64,000 nt of DNA. Source: Methanomassiliicoccaceae archaeon. GTDB taxonomy: Archaea; Thermoplasmatota; Thermoplasmata; Methanomassiliicoccales; Methanomassiliicoccaceae. Under the pieces are notes generated by a model. It made no database searches. It saw nothing but the letters and a program-made list of their open reading frames with translations, and was not told the origin of the DNA. Shown here in pieces: positions 9,235 to 18,148 of the stretch. The DNA lies in NCBI GenBank assembly GCA_040776945.1, contig JAXGZN010000001.1, positions 1,024,001 to 1,088,000 of the forward strand, given 5' to 3'. Numbering within the stretch: position 1 is the stretch's first letter; the number at the start of each line of letters is the position of its first letter. The translations under genes were made by a program, and so were the position numbers.

Positions 9235-9858
9235 ATGGCCGGCTGCAGGATCGAGATCTCCTACATCGACCCCGATGTGTATACATCCATAGTCAACCAC
9301 GAGCTGAGACGCACCATCCTCCGCAACCTATACGCAATGACCATCGACCGCCCGGTGACGAAGCAGGAGCTGGCAGATCGGACCAAGATAGGCTATCATC
9401 AGCTGAACTACCAATTGGGACACCAGCTGCGTGACTTCTGGAAGGTGGTGGACGAGAGGAAGGTTCGGGGGACCAGGCAGGAGTATCTCGCACCCTCTGC
9501 GCCGGGGACGATATTCATATCTGTAGGCAGGGACGGCAGAGTGTTCGTCGTTGACCCCCTGGCCAACCTGTTCGGGCCCCTTTCCAAGGTGGGCACGCGT
9601 TGCGACGGCTGCTCACCGTCGGACATGGAACGATGCATGGAGTATGTGAAGAGCGGCTGTTACTCCACGGACATATCTCCCGAAGAGAGGGCAACGCTGC
9701 ATGCCAACGGCAGAGAGGGATACATCCGGCCCATGGACCTGGCCATATTAAGCTCGATGAAGGGGGTGGCCAGCGGCAAAGGATGTTCGGTGAGCATACC
9801 ATGCGAGAGCTGCCCGTTCATGCGAAGGGCCATCAAGATAGGAGGCCTTGACGATTGA
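9235..9858 (+). CDS. Winged-HTH regulator with Cys-rich C-terminal domain
   Basis: LRRTILRNL...TKQELADRTKIGYHQLNYQL wHTH, followed by CDGC...C...C...C...CESC. Confidence 0.7.
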   Translation: MAGCRIEISYIDPDVYTSIVNHELRRTILRNLYAMTIDRPVTKQELADRTKIGYHQLNYQLGHQLRDFWKVVDERKVRGTRQEYLAPSAPGTIFISVGRDGRVFVVDPLANLFGPLSKVGTRCDGCSPSDMERCMEYVKSGCYSTDISPEERATLHANGREGYIRPMDLAILSSMKGVASGKGCSVSIPCESCPFMRRAIKIGGLDD

Positions 9859-10970
9859 TCCCAGAAAGCCATTTATCGTTGGACGCCATCGTTGAGAGGA
9901 TGACCGCTAGAACGCGCTTCGCTGTGATCGGAGGCTACCTGGGAGCGGGAAAGACCACGCTAATGGTCGGCCTCGCTCGGTATTTAAAAGAGAGGCACGG
10001 AAAGAACGTGGCGATAATAACCAACGATCAGGGCCATGTTCTCGTGGACACCAAATATGCCTCCGAGGCCGGGTTCGATGTGCGGGAGGTCATGGGAGGC
10101 TGCTTCTGCTCCACCTTCCCCGAGTTCGTGAGGAACGCCCGTTCCATTGTACAGACCAGCAGGCCGGATGTCATCCTTGCGGAGCCTATTGGAACCTCCA
10201 CCAACATCCTTTCGTCAGTGGTCGAGCCTCTGCGCGCCCAATATCCAGAGGAGTTCGATGTTGCGCCGTTCCTCGTTGTGGTGGACGCCACCCGGGCAGC
10301 ATCGCTGGAAGGCTCGAAGCGCCTCATCCCCTCCCACCAGGTCAAGGAGGCGGAAGTGGTCCTGCTTTCGAAGACCGACCGCCTGGACGCTGAAGGCCTG
10401 GAGAGAGCGAGGACGGCGGTCGCCGCCCTCGCACCGGACGCCAGGATCATCCCCTACTCCGCTAGGACCGGAAAGGGCGTCGATGACATAGCCTCCCTGA
10501 CCTTATCGGCCGAGCGCAGCATCAAGGTCTTGAAGAGCGAGGACCATAGGAAGTTCGCGGCGGAGAAGTCAGCGATGTCATGGTACTCTAGCACCAGCAA
10601 GGTCTCTCCGTCAGAGCGTGTTGACCTCTATGATCTGGCCACCACCGTGCTCAGAGCGGCGGCGGACTCCTTCCCACCAGACGACCTGGCGCACGTGAAG
10701 GTGATGATAACCTCGCCCAAGGTGGGGGCCAAGATGTCCCTGGTGGCCGATTCAGTTCAGACAGATGGCGTGCGTGGCTCAAGGTACCTCGGGGATGAGG
10801 CAACACTGGTGGTGAACGCCCGGGTTATGGCGACCCCGAAGCGCCTTGGGGAGGTCATGCGAGGCGCGGTGGAAGCGCTCCCCTCGAAGTTCTCGCTGAC
10901 GGTGAACGATACTACCGAATCCTGCTACTCCCCTCGGCCGGAGACCCCCATGTTCATATCCGGCCTGTAG
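9855..10970 (+). CDS. G3E-family (CobW/COG0523-like) metallochaperone GTPase
   Basis: GGYLGAGKTT, IITND, GGCFCS, AEPIG, SKTD; alternative start ATG 9900. Confidence 0.85.
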   Translation: MIPESHLSLDAIVERMTARTRFAVIGGYLGAGKTTLMVGLARYLKERHGKNVAIITNDQGHVLVDTKYASEAGFDVREVMGGCFCSTFPEFVRNARSIVQTSRPDVILAEPIGTSTNILSSVVEPLRAQYPEEFDVAPFLVVVDATRAASLEGSKRLIPSHQVKEAEVVLLSKTDRLDAEGLERARTAVAALAPDARIIPYSARTGKGVDDIASLTLSAERSIKVLKSEDHRKFAAEKSAMSWYSSTSKVSPSERVDLYDLATTVLRAAADSFPPDDLAHVKVMITSPKVGAKMSLVADSVQTDGVRGSRYLGDEATLVVNARVMATPKRLGEVMRGAVEALPSKFSLTVNDTTESCYSPRPETPMFISGL

Positions 10971-11150
10971 GTACGCTCTTTCAGGGGAGGGGCCAGACCA
11001 TTGTCCGAGGTCGTCCGGGCCGTTGGGAGATATATCGGCAGCGTTTTTTTCCCTTTCGGGTGACGCCGGGGCGTAGTTCATGCCATCTTACGCTCTCGAG
11101 GTCAAAAGGTATAAATTTCTGGCTGTTCAATGGAACGGTGGAGCGCGAGA

Positions 11151-11594
11151 ATGGTCACCGTCGATGACATGAACCACCGCATCCTCAAGCTGTTGATGAT
11201 GGATGGAAAGATGACCTATCGTGAGATAGCGTCGAAGCTCCGCAGGTCCCCCTCCACCGTCCGTGACCGCATCAGGAGGATGGAGGACTACAAGGTCGTT
11301 CTGGGATATGCGGCCATTGTCAACAACGAGCTCATGGGAATGCGATCGGACGCCATAGTCCTTGCGAACGTGGGCGACGGGATATCGGTCAAAGAACTTC
11401 GCAAGCTCCATGAGGTCGACGGGGTTATGGAGGTACTGCTCATCAGCGGGGGCAAACGGGTCATGGTCCGCCTGCACGCGCCGGACAACCACACCCTTGA
11501 CAACACCATAGCCTCATCCATCATGCCCCTGGGACTTAAGGACGTGGAGGTGCGGATCGTCCTGGAATCGGTCATGCGGTTCCCCGGGGTCTGA
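11151..11594 (+). CDS. Lrp/AsnC family transcriptional regulator
   Basis: RILKLLMMDGKMTYREIASKLRRSPSTVRDRIRRME HTH plus C-terminal effector domain; TATA GTATAAAT near 11109. Confidence 0.88.
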   Translation: MVTVDDMNHRILKLLMMDGKMTYREIASKLRRSPSTVRDRIRRMEDYKVVLGYAAIVNNELMGMRSDAIVLANVGDGISVKELRKLHEVDGVMEVLLISGGKRVMVRLHAPDNHTLDNTIASSIMPLGLKDVEVRIVLESVMRFPGV

Positions 11595-11869
11595 CACTAT
11601 TCTGGTCCGGAACACTTCCAAAGGACACAGGCCGGCACGGCATGAGGGCCTTCGATCGATCGGCCGTGGAAAAGGAGGCAGGAACGTCCTTTGTCATGGT
11701 CGGCAGGCCCGTCCTCCCTTTGAGTCATCAAGGAATGAGTGTCTTTTAACGATTTTTAATTGCCAGTCTACGGCAGAGCTTATGAACAGGAATTGTACGA
11801 CGCGGATAATATGTAATATAAGACTCTTTATTATCTCGAACGGCATAGCAGCGGACGAGGCTCTGAACA

Positions 11870-12502
11870 ATGGCATCATTGAACCTGACGCTCATCCCTC
11901 AGCTTCCAGATCTGGACGAGATACGCCAGATGAGGAAGCGCCTAGACCTTTCACAGAGAGAGCTGGCGGCCTTGGCAGGAGTGTCCCAGTCATTGATCGC
12001 CAAGATCGAGAAGGGAAGCATAGACCCATCCTATGACAATGTCCGAAAGATCTTCAATGCTTTCGAGAACATTCTGAAGAAGAGAGCGCTGGAAGGCAAG
12101 AACATGGGGGCCCGGTTCACCGTCGGGGACCTGGCCACGCGGGGAGTGGTATCCATCATTCCGGAGGCCACACTGGCCGAGGCCGTGGACAAGATGGTCA
12201 CGGGCAGGTTCACCCAGCTTCCGGTGATGGCCGGCGATCGCATAGTGGGCGGTATAACCGATGACCGCATCAGGGACTTCACCATCGAGCAGACAAGGAA
12301 CCAGAAGATGTCCTATGACGAGGTGATGATGACCAAGGTCGAGACCGTGATGGAGGCCCCTTTTCCCATCCTCTCGGAAGATACCCCGATCGAACTGGCA
12401 TCCCTTCATCTGCAGCGAGAGGAAGCGGTCCTGGTAACCAGGCGAGGAACGATCATCGGCATACTTACCAGCGCCGACTTCCTGGACCTCGGGCTGCATT
12501 GA
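11870..12502 (+). CDS. XRE-HTH plus CBS-pair transcriptional regulator
   Basis: LSQRELAALAGVSQSLIAKIEKG HTH; CBS motifs FTQLPV and GILTSAD. Confidence 0.88.
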   Translation: MASLNLTLIPQLPDLDEIRQMRKRLDLSQRELAALAGVSQSLIAKIEKGSIDPSYDNVRKIFNAFENILKKRALEGKNMGARFTVGDLATRGVVSIIPEATLAEAVDKMVTGRFTQLPVMAGDRIVGGITDDRIRDFTIEQTRNQKMSYDEVMMTKVETVMEAPFPILSEDTPIELASLHLQREEAVLVTRRGTIIGILTSADFLDLGLH

Positions 12503-12507
12503 AGGCC

Positions 12508-13119
12508 ATGAAGAAGAACGAGCTGGAGAGAAGGCTTCAGAGGGTGGCTCCACACGCCCGTCCCCAGGCGCGTCTGGAGCAATACTCCACCCCGGCAGCG
12601 GTGGCCGCGGACATGCTGTTCACAGCATACGCCTTCGGGGACATCGCCGGGCGAAAGGTGGCCGATCTGGGCTGTGGCACTGGCATCCTGTCCATAGGCG
12701 CAGCGCTCCTGGGCGCCTCCAAGGTCATCGGCATAGAAGTTGACCCGCAGGCGGCGGCAGATGCCAGGAGGAACGCCAAGGAAGCAGAGGTAGAGATCGA
12801 GGTGAGGGAGGCGGACGTAAGGGACGTCAGGATGAAAGCGGACACCGTCATCATGAACCCTCCCTTCGGAGCCCAGCTCCGAAATGCGGACCGTCCGTTC
12901 CTGGAAGCGGCCGTACGCATTGCGCCCAAGGTCTACTCGCTTCACAATGCTCGGACCGTAGAGTTCCTGACATCCATGCTGCGGGCCCTGGACCGAGAGG
13001 TCTACTTCCAGAAAAGATATAAGTTCGAGATACCTCACATGTTCGAGTTCCACGAGAAGAGGAAGAAAGAGGTAGAGGTCGCACTGTTGTGCATCAGTTC
13101 ATTGGATGTGACGAAATGA
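12508..13119 (+). CDS. METTL5-family N6-adenine RNA methyltransferase
   Basis: LEQYSTP, DLGCGTG, MNPPFG, IPHMFEFH. Confidence 0.9.
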   Translation: MKKNELERRLQRVAPHARPQARLEQYSTPAAVAADMLFTAYAFGDIAGRKVADLGCGTGILSIGAALLGASKVIGIEVDPQAAADARRNAKEAEVEIEVREADVRDVRMKADTVIMNPPFGAQLRNADRPFLEAAVRIAPKVYSLHNARTVEFLTSMLRALDREVYFQKRYKFEIPHMFEFHEKRKKEVEVALLCISSLDVTK

Positions 13120-13673
13120 GCGGAAAGATGGTCTTACCCGGCGATGAGGTTGCTGTCGCCGAGGAGTACATGCCCGCGGAGGGCACATATGAGCAGGACG
13201 GAAAGATCCTGTCGAGCTTGGCCGGCGAACTGGAGCTGGACCATGAGGAGAAGGTAGCGAAAGTATCTCCCAAGAACCCCCTGGTGGTTCTTAAGAACGG
13301 GGACAGCGTGTTCTGCCGGATCACCGATGTTCGGGCAAGCATGGCCATCTGCGATATATTCGCCGCGGAGGGCAGGGAGCGTGAGATCACCGGAGAGACA
13401 TCGGCCACCATCCATGTGTCCAAGCTTTCTTCGGAATATGTGCAGGATGTGGGAAAGGAGTACCGCCCGGGCGATCTGGTACGGGCCAAGGTCATCCAGA
13501 CCCGGCCCTCTGTACAACTGTCCACCCAGGAACCGCATTTCGGCGTGGTCAAAGCGCTGTGTCGGAGATGCCGCCATCCCATGGTCAGGCAGGGGAAGGG
13601 CCTACGCTGCGAGCCGTGCGAGCGCGTTGAGACCCGCAAGATCGCCGACGATTACGGCGACATTAGCTTCTGA
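13116..13673 (+). CDS. csl4: Exosome RNA-binding subunit Csl4
   Basis: VLPGDEVAVAEEY, S1 domain, C-terminal CxxC...CxxC ribbon ending ETRKIA. Confidence 0.92.
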   Translation: MSGKMVLPGDEVAVAEEYMPAEGTYEQDGKILSSLAGELELDHEEKVAKVSPKNPLVVLKNGDSVFCRITDVRASMAICDIFAAEGREREITGETSATIHVSKLSSEYVQDVGKEYRPGDLVRAKVIQTRPSVQLSTQEPHFGVVKALCRRCRHPMVRQGKGLRCEPCERVETRKIADDYGDISF

Positions 13674-13908
13674 TGGTCTGAGCGAGGGGAAAGGGCACCT
13701 GAACGACGTCGCCGCGATATGGGCCAAGAAAGCGGCCAAGCGGCCGCTGTCTCAACGTTCACGCTGCTTGGACCAATAGGCGCTGGAGGATCAGGCGCAT
13801 AACCAGTCAAGCGCACGGCCCTTGTGTCCTGCCCATGCCGGCTATGCAAGCTATCCTTTAGTTACCCTTATATCGCATGTAGTTATTAGACGAAAAGCAG
13901 GTTGAACC

Positions 13909-14085
13909 ATGGCCAAGAGCAACGAGGATCTCATACGCGAGATCAACGATCTCAGGAACGAGATGAAGCAGATGAGAGAGGTCCTGAACGTGTTGTTCCA
14001 ACTGGTCGTGGAGGCCGACGAAGGAGATGAGGACGATGTTGAGTTCCCGACCTTCGTCCAGGACATCCCCCGTTTCAATAATTGA
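13909..14085 (+). CDS. 58-aa coiled-coil/acidic small protein
   Basis: Hand-translated MAKSNEDLIREINDLRNEMKQMREVLNVLFQLVVEADEGDEDDVEFPTFVQDIPRFNN*; host-like codon usage, upstream TTATAT box and AGGT, downstream T-run. Confidence 0.75.
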   Translation: MAKSNEDLIREINDLRNEMKQMREVLNVLFQLVVEADEGDEDDVEFPTFVQDIPRFNN

Positions 14086-14118
14086 ACACGGTGCCTTTTT
14101 CATGAAGGTCGGTGAGCG

Positions 14119-14790
14119 ATGAAGGCGGTATGCCTGCTGTCCGGAGGGATCGACTCCCCGGTGGCCGCTTATCTAATGGGCCGCAGTGGCGCTGACGTGG
14201 TGCTGCTGCACATGGACAATCGTCCGTATGCCGGCCCAACGGCAATCTGCAAGGCCATGGACCTGGCCGACAGGATAGGGGCATGCCTAGAGCGGGAACT
14301 GGACCTATACGTGGCCCCGCACGGAGCGAACCAGCTGTTGATACACGATCGATGTCAGCGTAACCTTCAATGCGTGCTGTGCAAGCGCACCATGTTGAAG
14401 GTGGCCAGGGGATTGGCGCGGCGCATAGGCGCTGAAGCGGTTGTTACCGGCGATTCGCTCGGACAGGTAGCCTCTCAGACGCTGTACAACATAGTATCGG
14501 AGCAGTCCGGCCTGGACTTTCCGGTGCTCCGCCCCCTGATCGGTCTTGATAAGTTGGAGATCGAGGCCATGGCCAAGCGCATAGGCACATATGGGATATC
14601 GATCAGGAAAGGGTCGCCATGCACCATCGTGCCCAGCCGTCCGGCGACCATGGCCACCCCTGAGCTAATGGCCGCTCAGGAAAAGAGGCTGGACATCGAG
14701 AGGATCGCCCAGTACGCGGCCGATGAGGCCTTCGTGGTCAGAAGATCGAGCAGTTCTCGAGCCTTGACTCGTCCAACATGTCCGGGGTAA
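14119..14790 (+). CDS. ThiI-like PP-loop sulfurtransferase, catalytic domain only
   Basis: LLSGGIDSPVA, CVLCKR, VTGDSLGQVASQT, LRPLIGLDK, PCT; no N-terminal THUMP domain. Confidence 0.85.
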   Translation: MKAVCLLSGGIDSPVAAYLMGRSGADVVLLHMDNRPYAGPTAICKAMDLADRIGACLERELDLYVAPHGANQLLIHDRCQRNLQCVLCKRTMLKVARGLARRIGAEAVVTGDSLGQVASQTLYNIVSEQSGLDFPVLRPLIGLDKLEIEAMAKRIGTYGISIRKGSPCTIVPSRPATMATPELMAAQEKRLDIERIAQYAADEAFVVRRSSSSRALTRPTCPG

Positions 14791-14989
14791 CGCGATTGAT
14801 ATAGCGCGCCTGCACTCTCGATATGTACAAAATGTTCTCGCCGATCCTCACTTTGACGTCGGTGTCCTTGGGGGACTTAACAGTGATAGGCACGATGACA
14901 GGCCCGGAGCAGGAGGTGGACACTCTATAATCACGCCCGTTCCTCTTGACGAAGTCGATCACCTCCTGGTCGACCGTTATGCTCTGCAT
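14738..14989 (-). CDS. Small conserved-looking hypothetical protein
   Basis: 83 aa with STSCSGPVIVP...KSPK motif, good codon usage, TATA-like CTAAATA about 25 nt upstream. Confidence 0.7.
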   Translation of the reverse strand: MQSITVDQEVIDFVKRNGRDYRVSTSCSGPVIVPITVKSPKDTDVKVRIGENILYISRVQARYINRVTPDMLDESRLENCSIF

Positions 14990-15060
14990 GCCCCGTGGAT
15001 TAGACCCTTCGTATTTAGTGGTTGCGAAGTTATTTTCTGCCTCGCGTTCATGACCCCGCC

Positions 15061-15525
15061 GTGAGATTCGTTCTGGACACCTCCGCGCTGTTCGCCATGC
15101 AAGACCTACCGCCGGGCGAGGCGCATGCGACCCCGGGGGTTATCGCCGAGCTGCGGAAGTACGACGACCCCCGAGTGAGGTTCTGGGAGGACCTGCTTAA
15201 AGTCTCTTCGCCAACGCCCGGTGCGATCGACACAGTTCGCAGGACCGCCTTGCGTACAGGCGACGACGCTCGTCTCTCCCCAACCGACATCGAGGTCTTG
15301 GCGCTTGCCCTCGACCTAAGGGCGGAACTGCTCACCGATGACTACTCGATGCAGAACACCGCCAGAGCGATGGGGCTGAAATATCGCGGCGTAGGTATGA
15401 AAGGGATCAAGGAAGTGGTCCGCTGGAAGTACCGCTGCACTGGATGCCGTAAAGAGTGGGAGGAGAACCATCCGGACTGTCCGATCTGCGGAAGCCCCCT
15501 GCGCTCCTCGCGCTCAAGGAAATGA
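15061..15525 (+). CDS. nob1: Nob1-type PIN endonuclease with Zn ribbon
   Basis: VLDTSA, LSPTDIEVLALA, LLTDDYSMQN, CTGC...CPICGS. Confidence 0.9.
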   Translation: MRFVLDTSALFAMQDLPPGEAHATPGVIAELRKYDDPRVRFWEDLLKVSSPTPGAIDTVRRTALRTGDDARLSPTDIEVLALALDLRAELLTDDYSMQNTARAMGLKYRGVGMKGIKEVVRWKYRCTGCRKEWEENHPDCPICGSPLRSSRSRK

Positions 15526-16599
15526 AGGGCGGCAGCGGAGGATATTGCCCATCCTGCGCGGTCCTAGCACCCGCATGGAGAACTCAAGACGTCCAGTGCC
15601 GCCGAAGAACAGGGAGGCCAGCATCTTGGTGTGCACCGCAGTGCGGAGGGGCTTGTACACCTGTCGCTTCCAGCTCTCCTCATAAGTGGAGAGCGGGGTG
15701 CCCTTGACGAGGTGGTCTGCTATGGTCCGTCCGGCAATGCGGCCGCATATCATGGCGATGGGGATCCCCCCGCCGTTGACGGCCATCACATGGCCTGCGG
15801 CGTCGCCGACCAGCAGGCCTGACGAGGTGAAGGTCCGGGAGACCGGGCCGTTCGATGGGACGTACTTACCGACCGGCCTTCCGGTCACTTCCAGCTTCCT
15901 CATGCGAAGGAACTCCTGGAAATAATCTCCCACCCTCCCATCGGAGAACTTAGGCGCCACGCCGACCCCTACGTTGGCGCCGTCCCTCTTCGGCAACACC
16001 CAAGCGTAAGCTCCAGGGGCCAATCCGCCGAAGTACATTTCCATGATCGGCTCGAACGGACCGATCGCCTGCGAGGTGACCGCTGGATACATATCCTCGT
16101 TGCGCGGCAGACCGAGCCCCCTGGCCACCTTGGAGTTCGGGCCATCTGCGCCCACGACCACCTTGGCCCGATAGACCTCGTCCCTGGTCCTCACTTCGGT
16201 ACCTTCGACAGAGGTGACCATGCTCGAGGTGCGGATGAATGCGCCGGCCTTCACCGCTTTCGACGCCAAATGTTGATCGAAACGGTTACGATCGGTGGTG
16301 TACCCAAGGAAGGGGATATCGAAGCCACGCGAGCGAGGCGACATTATCCGGATTAGGTCGATCTCCCGGGAGACAAGTGACGATGGGATGTCGAACACCG
16401 GTTCAAGGTCCTCGGCGTCAGGAAAGGTGGCCTTGATCTCATCAAGGACCGGAAGGAACTCACCGCATGCTACCGGCTCTCCGATCGCTCCCTTCCTCTC
16501 GAGAACCAGCACTCTCGCACCACCGAGCGCTGCATGTTCCGCGACGCTCGAACCGGCAGGTCCGGAGCCGACGACCACCACATCGAACTCGTCGTTCAT
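15514..16599 (-). CDS. Geranylgeranyl reductase family FAD oxidoreductase
   Basis: GSGPAG, ACGE, GADG, YAWVLPK, VGDAAG, NGGGI. Confidence 0.9.
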   Translation of the reverse strand: MNDEFDVVVVGSGPAGSSVAEHAALGGARVLVLERKGAIGEPVACGEFLPVLDEIKATFPDAEDLEPVFDIPSSLVSREIDLIRIMSPRSRGFDIPFLGYTTDRNRFDQHLASKAVKAGAFIRTSSMVTSVEGTEVRTRDEVYRAKVVVGADGPNSKVARGLGLPRNEDMYPAVTSQAIGPFEPIMEMYFGGLAPGAYAWVLPKRDGANVGVGVAPKFSDGRVGDYFQEFLRMRKLEVTGRPVGKYVPSNGPVSRTFTSSGLLVGDAAGHVMAVNGGGIPIAMICGRIAGRTIADHLVKGTPLSTYEESWKRQVYKPLRTAVHTKMLASLFFGGTGRLEFSMRVLGPRRMGNILRCRPSFP

Positions 16600-17570
16600 C
16601 AGTTCGTCCGCTCCAGGACGGTTCCGGCAAGGGCTATCAGCGAGTCCTTGTACGGCGATGACGGTATGATGTCAAGGGCCTTCACCGCATCGTCCCTGAA
16701 CTTCCTAGCATGTTCACGAGCCAACACGACAGCGTCGGTGGCGCGCACCAGATCGAGGACCTCTTCTATCTCGGCCGAGGTCTTCACATCCTTCTCGAAC
16801 ACCTCGGAAATGCGGCTCGAGCCGGGGTACCGTCCTTGCATAGCGATCATGAGCGGAAGGTTGGCCTTGCTGTCCAGAACGTCCATCCCCGGCGGTTTGC
16901 CGACAGATGTGAGTTCCCCGGTCACGTCCAAGATATCATCGACGATCTGAAAGGCATATCCTATGCCTAGGCCAAACCGTCCCAGGGCCTCGATCTCATC
17001 TACCGTCCCCCCTCCGATGAAGGCTCCCACCCGAGCGCCGGCCTCGATGGGCTTGGCCGTCTTCCCCCCGATGATGCTCATGTAGGTGTCCAGGGGCGTT
17101 TCCGAGCGGCGTTCCATCTCGATCTGCAGTATCTCGCTCTCGGCCATCGCGGAGCAGGCGTCGGCAACCATCTCCACTATCGCTTGGGTCTCCATGGCCC
17201 CGCCCAGGCGGAACCCCTGCACGAACAGGAAGTCGCCGGCGATAAGCGCCTGCTGCAGGCCATATTTGCGATATGTGGCGACAGTGCCTCGCCGGGTGTC
17301 CGCTCCATCGTTGATGTCGTCATGGACCAGGGTGGCAGAATGAATAAGCTCGAAAGCGGCAGCAAGTTTGATGATCTTTTCCTTCTCCTTCCCGCCTACG
17401 CTATGGAACGACAGGAGGGCGATCCCGGGACGCATCCTCTTGCCTCCTGAGTCGATGACATGCAAGGCGATCTCGGTCAAAATGGGCTGTCGGGACCGGA
17501 CGCTCTGCCTGATCTCCGCTTCCACTAGGTGGAGGTCATCGACTATGAGAGCGTCCCAGCATGCTGCCAT
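16599..17570 (-). CDS. trans-polyprenyl diphosphate synthase
   Basis: GGKRMRP, HSATLVHDDIND...RRG, GKTA, FQIVDDILD. Confidence 0.93.
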   Translation of the reverse strand: MAACWDALIVDDLHLVEAEIRQSVRSRQPILTEIALHVIDSGGKRMRPGIALLSFHSVGGKEKEKIIKLAAAFELIHSATLVHDDINDGADTRRGTVATYRKYGLQQALIAGDFLFVQGFRLGGAMETQAIVEMVADACSAMAESEILQIEMERRSETPLDTYMSIIGGKTAKPIEAGARVGAFIGGGTVDEIEALGRFGLGIGYAFQIVDDILDVTGELTSVGKPPGMDVLDSKANLPLMIAMQGRYPGSSRISEVFEKDVKTSAEIEEVLDLVRATDAVVLAREHARKFRDDAVKALDIIPSSPYKDSLIALAGTVLERTN

Positions 17571-17717
17571 GGGCCGTGATAATACCGAGGGATTACTTAA
17601 CGCTTATCGGGTTCCCAAGCGGTCCTGCGCTAGATGCTCTCCTTTTCTGAAGGCCGGGCCGACCTACGACACGTCCCTTGACAATATTTATGACCGTCCA
17701 GTTCCGAAAGTAACCGC

Positions 17718-18146
17718 ATGATGGAGAGTACCGAACAGGCAACGGGGGCCCGCGTAGGCGAGTTCATGAGCCGCGATCCCGCAACGGTGCCCTACGAGGG
17801 AACACTGGACGATGCCCTAATGGTCATGATCGAACGAGGGCGGAACAGCGTACTGGTTATGGACGATGGTCGCCTGGCAGGTCTGATAGACGACACGGAC
17901 ATTGGGCGCTTGGTGGCAAAGAGCGTGGACATCAAGAGAGCGTTGGTCCGTGACTTCGTGACAGCATGCGTACTGACCGGCAATCAGCCGTGCGTGCAGA
18001 TCAAGCAGGACGACACTGTGATGAACGCGCTGCGGGTCATGGACTCCTGGACGGCACGCCAGATCGTAGTGGTGGATGAAAAGGACGAGGTGGTCGGGAC
18101 GATTTCCGTCCTCGACGCCCTAAAAGGTTGGAAGAAAAAGGTTTGA
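17718..18146 (+). CDS. CBS-pair protein
   Basis: Two CBS repeats (VGEFMSRDPATV...; VVGTISVLD) with a CVLTGNQPC insert. Confidence 0.8.
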   Translation: MMESTEQATGARVGEFMSRDPATVPYEGTLDDALMVMIERGRNSVLVMDDGRLAGLIDDTDIGRLVAKSVDIKRALVRDFVTACVLTGNQPCVQIKQDDTVMNALRVMDSWTARQIVVVDEKDEVVGTISVLDALKGWKKKV

Positions 18147-18148
18147 GA

